From Antedon mediterranea (Eukaryota > Animalia > Echinodermata), in assembly GCF_964355755.1 (NCBI RefSeq), contig NC_092673.1:25848269-25912268 (forward strand): DNA of 64,000 bases, in the 5' to 3' direction. Shown piece after piece: positions 52,104-63,440 of this stretch (position 1 is the stretch's first letter; each line of letters starts with the position of its first letter). The translations under genes and the position numbers were made by a program. Under the pieces are notes generated by a model, which was given only the letters and a program-made list of their open reading frames with translations, did not search any database and was not told the origin of the DNA.

Positions 52104-52247
52104 ATCTGTTTACACTATCAAACTACTTTGACAAAAAGTGTGATGTGGCGAAATATGGTAGTATTATGACCAAATATGGTACTGATATGACAACCCGTGT
52201 ATATTTTGTCAAAGTAATTAATTGATAGTGAAAACAGAGCTTTAGAT
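52104..52247. mobile_element. MITE copy (diverged).
   Basis: It begins atctgtttacactatcaaa and ends attgatagtgaaaacagagcttt. Confidence 0.7.
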
Positions 52248-52479
52248 TTATCTATTGAAGCACCAATCACATTGAGTTAGACTATAATACCATCTATGAT
52301 TTTTAATAAAATAGCAAAAATGATCTAAACATATTTTCAAGAAATGTAAATCAGATCACCTGATACTCTATATCAACATAAGTATCAGATTATGTAATAT
52401 AAAGTCATATGTATCACATATGACACAGTATTGTGTTAAGGTTATGTTTATGTGATACATATTGTATGTGACATGTATT

Positions 52480-52645
52480 AAGCTCTATACACTAACAAAC
52501 TAGTTTGACCAAAAAGTGTGATGTGCCCAAATATAGTATAAATATAGTATGCCAAAATATGGTATTGATATGACATCATCATGTCCATATATGGTCACAT
52601 CACATTTGTTTATCACATAAACTTTGATAGTGTAGACATAGCTTT
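52480..52645. mobile_element. MITE copy (diverged).
   Basis: It begins agctctatacactaacaaa and ends ctttgatagtgtagacatagcttt. Confidence 0.7.
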
Positions 52646-53497
52646 ACACGCTACTTTACAATCTTTAATTGGCTAATCAGATCTTATGCACAATTAGGAG
52701 GAAGTTTTCTCTTGGTTAAATTGAATGACTGGAAAACTTTCTAGCAAGTCTACACCCATTCTCAACAAAATTGTAAGTAATACAATTGACAATGGTACAT
52801 ACTTCATATTTATTATCTGTTATTATATAACACCTGAATAAATTTTTGTCATTTGATTGGACGATTGTGGGTCACATGGCATGAATAGCCTTAGGCTAGG
52901 CCTATCTTTTATTTGAATCAAATCAAATCTATTTAGATGTTATATAAAATGGCATTTGGTGAATGATCAAAAGTTATATATCAACTCGGCTTCACCTCAT
53001 TCACTTCATGCTATTTGTACCAATATACTCATAAACATTCATTATTTGTATACTATAGCATTATATACATTTTAAAAGAAAATGGATTTATTTATGGGGC
53101 GTATAACAATAAACACAACATGGGCAAGATAGCTAGGGAATTGTGATACCAGCTCATACTAATTCTAGCATTTCATAATCCAATTGCCACAAATGTACAT
53201 ACCAAGAACCATATTTTCAAACTTACTATAAACAAATCTTTCTCTTCAAAAGTCAGGACATATGGATTTGAAATGTATGAATTTTTCACCAGAACACAAG
53301 ACAAACAAATACCTTTATTCCCAGTTAGGACACTCCACAGATGGTGCTCCTGCCAGCCGCATCATAGTATAAAAATGCTAAGTCTATTCACATAGTTCAT
53401 ACTACCCCAACCTCAGCACGTCAGGAATTCTTACTTGAGGTGGGACTTCACTGACGAGACTTGACATGACAATAGTAAATGTTTTATGCAGAAACAG

Positions 53498-56400
53498 CTA
53501 TTGTACTACACAACAAGAGTTCGTTTTCCGTGCCTAATAAAAGATAAACACATATATTTACTAATGACAAGTTAACGTGATAAATTGGCCTACAAGGAAA
53601 TGAAGCAAATGTATTGAAATACAATGTGTGTGTTAAAATACAATGTATGTGTTAAAATACAATGTATGTGTTAAAATACAATGTATGTGTTAAAATACAA
53701 TGTACTGTATGTGTTAAAATACAATATATGTGTTAAAATACAATGTATGTGTTAAAATACAATGAATGTGTTAAAATACAATGTATGTGTTAAAATACAA
53801 TGTATTTGTTCAAATGCAATGTATGTGTTAAAATACAATGTATGTGTTAAATAACAATGTATGTGTTAAAATACAATGTATGTGTTAAAATACAATGTAT
53901 GTGTTAAAATACAATGTATGTGTTAAATAACAATGTATTTGTTCAAATGCAATGTATTTGTTCAAATGCAATGTATTTGTTCAAATGCAATGTATGTGTT
54001 CAAATGCAATGTATGTGTTCAAATACAATGTATGTGTTCAAATACAATGTATGTGTTCAAATACAATGTATGTGTTCAAATACAATGTATGTGTTCAAAT
54101 ACAATGTATGTGTTAAAATACAATGTATGTGTTAAAATACAATGAATGTGTTCAAATGCAATGTATGTGTTCAAATACAATGTATGTGTTCAAATACAAT
54201 GTATGTGTTCAAATTCAATGTATGTGTTCAAGTACAATGTATGTGTTCAAGTACAATGTATGTGTTCAAATACAATGTATGTGTTCCAATACAATGTTTG
54301 TGTTCAAATACAATGTATGTGTTCAAATACAATGTATGTGTTCAAATGCAATGTATGTGTTCAAATACAATGTATGTGTTCAAATACAATGTTTGTGTTC
54401 AAATACAATGTATTTGTTCAAATACAATGTATGTGTTCAAATGCAATGTATGTGTTCAAATGCAATGTATGTGTTCAAATTCAATGTATGTGTTCAAATT
54501 CAATGTATGTGTTCAAGTACAATGTATGTGTTCAAATACAATGTATGTGTTCAAATACAATGTTTGTGTTCAAATGCAATGTATGTGTTAAAATACAATG
54601 TATGTGTTCAAATACAATGTATGTGTTCAAATGCAATGTATGTGTTCAAATACAATGTATGTGTCCAAATGCAATGTATGTGTTCAAATACAATGTATGT
54701 GTTCAAATGCAATGTATGTGTCCAAATGCAATGTATGTGTTCAAATACAATGTATGTGTTCAAATGCAATGTATGTGTTCAAATACACTGTATGTGTTCA
54801 AATACAATGTATGTGTTCAAATACAATGTTTGTGTTCAAATACAATGTATATGTTCAAATGCAATGTATGTGTTCAAATACAATGTATGTGTTCAAATAC
54901 AATGTATGTGTTCAATACAATGTATGTGTTAACATACAATGTATGTGTTCAAATACAATGTATGTGTTCAAATACAATGTATGTGTTCAAGTACAATGTA
55001 TGTGTTCAAATATAATGTATGTGTTCAAATACAATGTTTGTGGTCAAATACAATGTATGTGTTCAAATGCAATGTATGTGTTCAAATACAATGTATGTGT
55101 TCAAATACAATGTTTGTGTTCAAATACAATGTATGTGTTCAAATGCAATGTATGTGTTCAAATACAATGTATGTGTTCAAATGCAATGTATGTGTTCAAA
55201 TACAATGTATGTGTTCAAATACAATGTATGTGTTCAAATGCAATGTATGTGTTCAAATACAATGTATGTGTTCAAATGCAATGTATGTGTTCAAATACAA
55301 TGTATGTACAGTATTCAAATGTACTTACGGTTTTGTAGAATGTTTTTGATTGTAAACTTAAATCATCAGATTTTGATACTAAATCATCTAGTTTTTCACC
55401 TCTCTGTAAAACTGCTTCTATAGTGCTGTGCTAAAAAACGTAAAATATAGGCAATACTGATAAATTCGGAGAAAATGTATTATGCAATGAGGAATTATAT
55501 AAATCCAAGGGGCAATATTCGTTTGTCCGTTCTATGGGAAAGTGTCCCCTCAATGGTATTAAAGCAAGGAAGCACGTCCCAACATCCCTAGTGTTCAGTG
55601 TAATAAATTACCATTCCTAACATATACAGTATCATAGTCTACATGAACATTCTAGAATAAGATGTTTTGATTTAATAAACCATGTATAATTAATATATCA
55701 ACAATCAGCAACATTCCAAAAGTATACTATTAATAGAAACTGTAATCCAATAGAGTAAGAAGTTTAAGGAATGATCTAGAAGGTTATGAACATATTGTAT
55801 ATAAGGGGAAATATGACAATTGTAAGGGGGAGAAGAATTTTTGATTGAAGCATTTATTTTGAAGAAGGTTAGATATTAGATTGTAAAAGTTATTGTGAAG
55901 CTGTTGTTTAAAGTGCTTACTGGATTGTTGAAAGTTGAAGATAAGTGAAATTAAAGCTTTGTTTTTGAGTTATTTTACAACTTTGTGGATTTTGTGTGTG
56001 TACTTTTATGTCACAAGGGAGTTCCTAAAGTATTTTCAACCGCTCGGAAACATACGTAAAGAGAGTTCGTGACATCAGTAACGTACCATTATGATTTTAG
56101 TTTCATCTAATTCTGCTTGTACCTTTGTCATTGCATCAGCTTCCCTTGGATTCTGAAATAAAATAATTTTTTTTAATGTTAAAAATAATAATTTAACTTT
56201 TCTTAATAATGTATCAATTGATCAAGTGAATGAGGTTTAAGCTTTTTATATATACTTTTTTTTTTAATTTTTCATTAAATCAAAATACAACAAATGTAAC
56301 AAAAAATTCAATCAAGTAATAAAATAAGCGCTCAGAAACTAAATACTTGGCATTGAAGAACTCAGGATTTTAACAAGCTTTTGTAACATATCAATTTTCC

Positions 56401-57481
56401 TGAATATGTAATTTGTGGATGATAAATTTGGGACGATAACCTGAAAATTGTGGCTGGTATACTTAGCAAATGCTTTGTAGGCATTTTTTCTACAATACTC
56501 TGAAATCTGATAATACTAACCTGATATTTAGCTAAAAATTCATCTAATCCCGAAAAATCTGCGGAGTTTTCTGCCATTGTTGGCCATGATCCTGAAGGTA
56601 CTTGTGTTGCAAATAAATCCAGTATTTTGGTTAGTAACGTAAACGCCACACGGTTAGGGTACTCCCGCTAGACTGTCATTACGTATGTATGCGTGACATA
56701 AGTAATCTGTGAACAGACATATTTGCAAAGTTAAAAAAGCGCACAGTAAGCAAGTTTTTATGGTCATTTAAAGTGGTGTTGAGCCTTGTCTACACTATCA
56801 TACTTTATGTGACAAAAATATGTGATGTGTGTACCTATGGACATGATGATGTCGTTACACTACCACATTTGGACACATCACATTTTTTTGTCAAACTAGT
56901 TTTCTAATGTAGACAGAGCTTTACACTTTAATAATATACAGTACTACACTTGTGGAATCAAACAAGTGGAAAACACATGTTACTACGGGCAATATGTGTT
57001 ACTACTGCAACCATTATTCTGGGAATACCCCTATTAAGTAAGAAAAAACTTGTTTGGGTCTAGAATGTGTACAGTGGTTGTACTGTATAATGGAGTCTTT
57101 TATTTCATAAATAAAATTGATATGGGTTTTTTAAGACAAACCATAAGCTTTTTTTGATTGAATCTGAAAAAAAAATAATAAGTAAGGTTTGCATTTAATT
57201 ACTACTAACCTTGTTCTTTTACGGAGGTTCTGAGGCCAACTTGTGTTCTTTCAACAATAATCTGACTAGTGAATTGCATAAATTCTTGAACACTGCATGA
57301 ATGAATGTAGGAAAGTTAATGGTATAATTAGATAAGATATATAGTAGGTCATTGAAATTCAAAATGTATTTTGGTCTTACCTTTTTCGTTGGAAATATCC
57401 AAAGGATGAGAGATCGTAGGCTGCCTTTAATGACAGTACCTTCACACCCTTATATAGAATAGTTAAAGAATACAGACGCAT
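53498..57481 (-). CDS. YKT6: SNARE YKT6 (longin domain, R-SNARE, C-terminal CCVVQ prenylation box), 6 exons as drawn. One exon carries a frame disruption.
   Basis: complement(join(53498..53533,55329..55430,56087..56152,56521..56706,57210..57292,57381..57481)). The exons read MRLYSLTILYKGVKVLSLKAAYDLSSFGYFQRK|SVQEFMQFTSQIIVERTQVGLRTSVKEQ|DYLCHAYIRNDSLAG/EYPNRVAFTLLTKILDLFATQVPSGSWPTMAENSADFSGLDEFLAKYQ|NPREADAMTKVQAELDETKIIM|HSTIEAVLQRGEKLDDLVSKSDDLSLQSKTFYKT|ARKTNSCCVVQ*. They match human YKT6 along the whole protein. The exon at 56521-56706 is 186 nt where phase requires 2 mod 3. It lacks about 7 codons (GVVIADN of human) and switches frame at the GGG run (see findings). Confidence 0.75.
53616..55312. 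repeat. 21-bp tandem array (gttcaaatacaatgtatgtgt and the ttaaaatacaatgtatgtg subfamily), about 80 copies, inside the last intron of YKT6.
   Basis: There is strict 21-bp periodicity over 1.7 kb. It produces the artefactual ORFs MYVFKYNVCVQIQC. It lies between the YKT6 exons at 55329..55430 and 53498..53533. Confidence 0.9.
56781..56925. mobile_element. MITE copy in the YKT6 intron.
   Basis: It begins gccttgtctacactatcatac and ends ttctaatgtagacagagcttt. Confidence 0.75.
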
Positions 57482-57799
57482 GGTCCTGTGAGTGTGTAGT
57501 AGCCTAGTTTCTCACAAAAACGGCTACTTCGTAGGCCTACGATCTGTATTGTTTTCCTCTTGACTTTGCCTCGTTTTTTTATATTTGCGTATATTTTTCC
57601 TGGAAGAAATGAAAATTTGTATTACTAGGCTAGTAGGCCTAGCTAGCTATAGTATTAGTAGGCTAGGCCTAGGCTATTATTAAAAATAAATAATAATTCA
57701 AAATACAGTATGACTAATAATGTATGTCCTATTGTGTCGTCTACATTTTCTAAAAGCTAAATTTAGGGCTACATTTCTGATCACACTCAGGTCATGCAT

Positions 57800-57910
57800 G
57801 GATTACAGGTTATACTTTGGCCAGGCTAGGCGGCACAGCTCCGGCTGGTGACGGGGCAAGATACTTGATAGTAGGCCGGGCCGGCCGGGGAGTAACCAGA
57901 CTTGCCCAGA
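57800..57910. promoter_or_regulatory. GC-rich tract upstream of the YKT6 start (the putative YKT6 promoter).
   Basis: ggccaggctaggcggcacagctccggctggtgacggggcaag...ggccgggccggccgggg lies 320-430 bp upstream of the YKT6 ATG at 57481 on the - strand. It is the only CpG-rich stretch in this neighbourhood. Confidence 0.35.
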
Positions 57911-58666
57911 GTTAGGCTAATCTAACAAGGGCCTAGTTTTCATTTTCTATAAACGGGGTTAGCTAAACAAGACTTAGGCCTATATAAAGTCATTCGTACT
58001 TTACCTTGGTGTAAGTGAATGTTATTAAATTGTTAATATTGTGATTACTACGTTAAATTTAGAACAGACGTCAGAAATTTACAATAAACACAACCACATC
58101 GACAAATTGCCTCGTTTTCGCAGTTCGATTGTTTTTGTGTGTTTACTCATCATAATAAACGGGCGCCACCATATTTTGTTTAAACTTTTTAAGTCTCCGT
58201 ATATTTGACCTTCTAGACCTTTTTCTCTCGTTTTCAAATTCCCAAACAAACATTTATTTATTTTATATTATTATTAACTCGTATACGTAATTACTATCGT
58301 ATCCATCATCCTTAATTGTACTCTGTACATTATCGGCTATTATAAATATAGGCCTACAGCTGGATAAATGAAAGGGCCAAAACAATTAATAGGCCTAATA
58401 ATAAATTAAAGTACATAAACTAATACGAAATAAGGGAATTCCAACCATGCCACAAAAAAAAAAAACGAAGTTAAATATAAAATATGGAGGCTAAATTAAT
58501 ATGAAATCAATTAAATATAGTTAAATAATAATTTAATACCAGAATTCTGAATAAAAACAAACTGCAGATAATAATTATAATCCTATATGTTGTAGTTTAG
58601 GCCTACATTTATTTTTGAACAATTAGAACCGTATTTTTAGTCGCGTGGAGTTTGGTTCACTGTGTC

Positions 58667-58697
<31 letters not shown>

Positions 58698-60460
58698 CTG
58701 TCGGTCCGGTATCACTATGCGTTTTAGCACGCGACTTATGGCGCATGCGATTGTCATGATACGAAACCAAAATTAGCCGGCCTTCATCTTCACCAATTTA
58801 TGATGTTATAGTTTCTATTATGTTATCATGTGATACTTACATAGCAACGTACAACAACAATTACACGAAATTAGATAGGCTTGATCGATCATTTTATTGT
58901 TTAAAATAATATTTAGTCCTTGTACTCTCCAATTACATTGCTAATGTTCAATATCACAATGTCAATATATCATTATTATTAATCAATAATTATTATATAT
59001 TTTTTTTAATTATCGAATATCAAGGCTATATTTTATCAATATTTTTTTTGGGAAAGGTATCAACTGATCAAAAAAATCCACACATCGATTTCTGGAATTT
59101 TATCATTTGACTTGACCGATTTTGCATATTAATGCGCACGCGCGTGCGTGCAAGATCCATAATTAGACAATACACTTGTAAAATAATTGAATTTTTAATA
59201 TTGTCGGTGTTATACCAATCCATGATCTGTATAATCATAGAAATCGATGAGAGACAATTAATTAAGAGTCAATGCTTGCTAGAATTATCCTCCGGCTGCG
59301 GCAATATTCAACTCAAGAAAATTAATTACATCGGAAGAAAGCAGACGATAATATTATAGACTATGCAACATTATTCCGCCAATCGCATTGCTTGCAGGGT
59401 TTGTTGACAAACCCATTAAGATTCACCGAATAGGCCTTTTTAAACTAATCATAATTCATCGGCATGAAAACCAAACGGCTTTATTTATAATGTAGCAACG
59501 ATATTGGAAGATCGACCTGACGTATACATTCGTCGCGAACGAAATGTTGTTGGATGGAAACTAAATAATATGAATAAAGTGAGTATTTGCTTACTTCTTA
59601 TTAACTAAACAATAAACAGATATTACTTAATAGTTCCTTTTCGTTGGGACATATGTCACTGGTTTCTTCAATTGGTAGGGTTTATGCCAACGCCAGTGAA
59701 GGGATGAAAACATCATAAACTATTATAGATACGGATGGAAGCTGTGCTAGAGATGATGCACCTCTCAATTTCAATTTTTAAATGCTTAAAGATGTATTTT
59801 CTCCCTGAAAAAATAAATCTTAACATTTTGTTGAATATGCAACCTAATAGTGGGCCACTTTGACCAAAAATTGGATTAAAAAAATGTATTTATTAAAAAA
59901 ACAGCTGTATTTTAAAGCAAAAAATAGTCAAATTGGCTGTCAGCAGTCATTGGGTTTTTGGTTGAATTGGGCCATTTATTTTTTCATTTTATAAGTGAAA
60001 ACGTTATTTTTTTTCCATTTTTTTTCTACGGAAGTGATTAACTTTATTAGAACTAGAAAATGGCCTATTCAAAGTCTGATTTTATTATTCTTTATTTTTC
60101 ATGTTTTGGGGGGAATATAATTATGTTGAGTTAAAATGTAGGCCTACGTATGGTATACAAAATGCATCAATTGGTTTTAATATTTTCAAAACACATGAAT
60201 CACAGTCTTCATGTGAAGACCCGCACAACAAAAGTAAAATCTAAATTTAGTTTTCTTTTCAATATTTCAGTTTAAACATTTGAATCAGGATCATTTAAAT
60301 GTGATTATAATTGTTTGTTAAACCGTCATTAAAGCACGTAGTGACATTTGACCATCGTGCCAGTTTACAGAAATTGTTGCCTTTATACTGGAAAAATATG
60401 AGGTGAATAGATTTGAGACCAGCTTGAACTTACCAATTAAAAACAAAACAAGACATTACT

Positions 60461-61810
60461 ATGAATTGCTGTTCATTAATATATTTGTGGATCACGCTGC
60501 TTATCTTTACCTCAGGGCCACCAAAAGGTAAATTTAAATCATTATTAGTTATTTTTATTATTTATTTTATCAGTGACAATTAAATAAATAAATGATGAAA
60601 CAGGTAGAACGCGCAAGGGTATATTTATATTTACTTTGAATTTGATAAAGGTGTTTCTCTATACACTAATACTAGGCCTAAACATGTTAATGGTTAGGCC
60701 TATTTCCTGATGACAATAATTAAAGTCGAATATAGAATCTTATTTGACTTTTGAATAAGAGTAATTGAAAAAAATGTAAAATTATCTTGACCAAAAATAT
60801 ACGCGAAACCTATAGTCCCGTGTGGTTAGACATCTGCGGTTTCTCTCTTGGATAATGATAGAATGTCTTATTTCATTACACGCTTGCTTCGTTGGGAGGG
60901 GGAGATTTAAATTGACAGAGAACCTAGTGGTTAAGTACGGTATTAATATCTCAGATTTCTACTATTGTAGCATCAACAATAAAATGTTTTGACTGTGAGT
61001 ACATATTGAAGCCGGGAGAGAACTATGACATCGAAACGGCAGAACCATGTTTCTGGTTGGAGGATCCAAAGACAAATACTTCACGCGAATGTCAACCACA
61101 TGAAGATGCCTGCTATGTAAATATTATAATGCAAACTCTATTAAAAGGACACCTCGAAGCCTCGACAAGGTTCCATTAGAAGTGTCCCCTTAATAGGAGT
61201 TTGTCATAAGTTAAAATAGTACAGTGTATATTATAACCCTTGATCGTTCGTTTCACGGGAAAGTATAGTGAAAGAACAGTGTCCGTTCTTCGTTTCACGA
61301 GGAAGTTTCGACTATAGGCCTATTTATGCTAAAAATAAAATCCCTGAAAGAGCGAACTGACTTAAAACCAATAACAGGGTCTAAATATGGTAACCCAGAA
61401 AAGGTGCGTATGGTTTCCTAAAGGAGGGAATGACCGTTGGTTGCTGGATTTTATTGTTTCGCATTGGAATGATATGCAAAGTGGTCCATACCGTGTATGC
61501 ATACAGGTGGGTATAGCCCTAGTACATTTTTATATTATTACCTTATTCAAATTTACCTTTTTAGATGTATGTAGTAAAAAGAAATAGCGTCATAACAACC
61601 TATCGTCGGAACTGCATTGAAAAAATAAAGTGCCTGGAAGGCTGTATTTACGAAGGCCTAGGATATCTTGATGAAAAGTGTACAACTTGCTGCAACACGA
61701 CAGACTGCAACGATGTTATGGCGGGAAACACCACATGCGTAAACTTTAATCCACTGGTATTGGTCATCCTCACACTGCTAGCAATGATATTGATTTATGA
61801 TAAATCCTAA
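60461..61810 (+). CDS. Candidate secreted cysteine-rich Ly6/uPAR (three-finger, LU-domain)-like protein with an N-terminal signal peptide and a C-terminal GPI-anchor-type hydrophobic tail, 4 exons, about 195 aa.
   Basis: join(60461..60527,60971..61116,61378..61506,61565..61810). Exon 1 reads MNCCSLIYLWITLLIFTSGPPK (a hydrophobic signal peptide). Exon 2 reads ASTIKCFDCEYILKPGENYDIETAEPCFWLEDPKTNTSRECQPHEDACY. Exon 3 reads GLNMVTQKRCVWFPKGGNDRWLLDFIVSHWNDMQSGPYRVCIQ. Exon 4 reads ...NCIEKIKCLEGCIYEGLGYLDEKCTTCCNTTDCNDVMAGNTTCVNFNPLVLVILTLLAMILIYDKS*. It has the CCxxxDCN motif typical of LU domains, followed by a small-residue omega region and a hydrophobic tail. Introns are canonical GT-AG and phases are consistent (588 nt). 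Confidence 0.55.
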
Positions 61811-62869
61811 AAGAAAATTAAAAATAGAAATGTATTGAGCTACTAAATATAGCATTTAGAATCAATGAGCCTTGGTTTTTGAAAAATAACATTTTGTCGA
61901 TTGTGACCAAGCGGTTTTCAATATCTTAACTTGGTCTGTGTGTAGGATGCTACTCTCGATCTTCCATGTTATCCTGGATAAATGAGCTTCTGGACAACAA
62001 AAAATGGTGATCTGTTAAAATTACAAAAAAAAACTCTCATCAAGTACCTAATAATATGATTTAAAAAAAAGTAATACACGCTACCCAGTGGGACATCTAG
62101 AAATGTCATATGTGGTGGGGGTGATGCGGCGTAGCAAGGTATAAAACAATATTATTATTTTTCTAATATACGAAAAAACGAGGGACTTGCAAGTTATGCT
62201 CGTCATAGTGAAGGCCTCCATTGCTACTGAGAAGAATTCAATATTTTGACATTAATTATTTATCAGGAGTGAAGCAGCTCCATAAATTGTATTTACTAGA
62301 TGGCACGCTCGCTTCGCTCGCGTACCATCTAGGTCGTGCCCACAGATGGTTCTCGAATACACAGTATTTCCAGCGAGAAAAAAATGGAGATTTCAAATGT
62401 ACGTACCGCAGGACTATAATACATTGTCGTTTACAGAAACGAATAAATATACACAATGATTTATGTAGTCAACCAAAATTAGCACCCTGGGAATTACTTC
62501 CGAGAGAGAAACAAAATGAGTCAAATTTTTTTATTTGGACTCATTTAAACAAACCCAATTTGTGTTTTGTATGTAACATTAAGGGTTGAGGGATGGGGGA
62601 AGAAGATAGGTACAAAGAGGAAACATTTTAAAATATATTCTTATCCACTCAGTAACGAAATATTGTTTTTAATGTTTTATAGGCCTATAAATAATATACC
62701 ACTAAATACAGTAAAACATTTACGATTTAATACGGTACTTTGTTAAAACTCTCACTGTCATAGTCGATTGAAATAGTAAAGTACATGTAACGATACACCA
62801 CTACGACGTTTATATATTTTTAAATTATTAATTAATACAAACGTTGAGAAGCAACTGTCAGTAATAACG

Positions 62870-63440
62870 TTTATTTATTTGTATATTATATGTTTATAAT
62901 CTAACAGTAGGGCCTACCCACACTCACAGTAATAAAGTTTATTTGTATATATTTTTATATTACATCTAACAGTACCAACACTCACAGTAAGAAATTTGCG
63001 ATTCAAATTGCGATCAAAAGTGGTTAATACCTTAACAGTATTGTACAGCATTGCAATACTTTTTATGTTTATTCTCCAAGGGGGCCCATAAATCTAAATC
63101 TATACCTCTATGGTTAAACCAAATAATTTGGAATGTTTATTTGTATATTATATGTTTATAATCTAACAGTAGGGCCTACCCACACTCACAGTAATAAAGT
63201 TTATTTGTATATATTTTTATATTACATCTAACAGTACCAACACTCACAGTAAGAAATTTGCGATTCAAATTGCGATCAAAAGTGGTTTTAACCATTAAAA
63301 TACCTTAACAGTATTGTACAGCCAGGGAACTCCCTGGTACAGCATTGCAATACTATTTATGTTTATTCTCCAAGGGGGCCCATAAATCTAAATCTATACC
63401 TGTATGGTTAAACCAAATAATTTGGAATGTTCCATTCATC
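62870..63440. repeat. Two tandem copies of a 270-300-bp unit.
   Basis: The block ...tttatttgtatattatatgtttataatctaacagtagggcctacccacactcacagtaataaagttt...gcgattcaaattgcgatcaaaagtggtt...ctccaagggggcccataaatctaaatctatacct.tatggttaaaccaaataatttggaatgtt is duplicated head-to-tail. Copy 2 carries a roughly 35-bp insertion. Confidence 0.7.

Larger units (their letters stand above)
50185..52955. mobile_element. Large composite foldback-like element bounded by nested inverted repeats, with three MITE copies inside.
   Basis: The outer inverted repeat pairs 50185-50235 with 52895-52955 (taacatctaaatagatt...). The inner inverted repeat pairs 50824-50883 with 52822-52880 (gccatgtgacccacaatcgtccaatcaaatgaca..atttatt.aggtgttatataa). 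The interior carries the MITEs at 51763, 52104 and 52480. Confidence 0.5.

Noticed and set aside
53914-55423. Overlapping ORFs MYVFKYNVCVQIQC… up to 289 aa.
   Set aside because: Translation of the 21-bp satellite in the YKT6 last intron. The - strand (YKT6 sense) is full of stops.
56941-57050. Possible separate YKT6 exon encoding …MVAVVTHIARSN….
   Set aside because: Similarity to LAGVVIADN is weak and no acceptor or donor pair gives the required phase. The contiguous DYLCHAYIRNDSLAG segment at 56668-56706 is clearly the real homologue.
62221-62589. ORF of 122 aa with an internal hairpin ctagatggcacgc…gcgtaccatctag.
   Set aside because: There are no splice signals, no homology and low complexity. 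It is probably non-coding. The hairpin is noted only as a curiosity.
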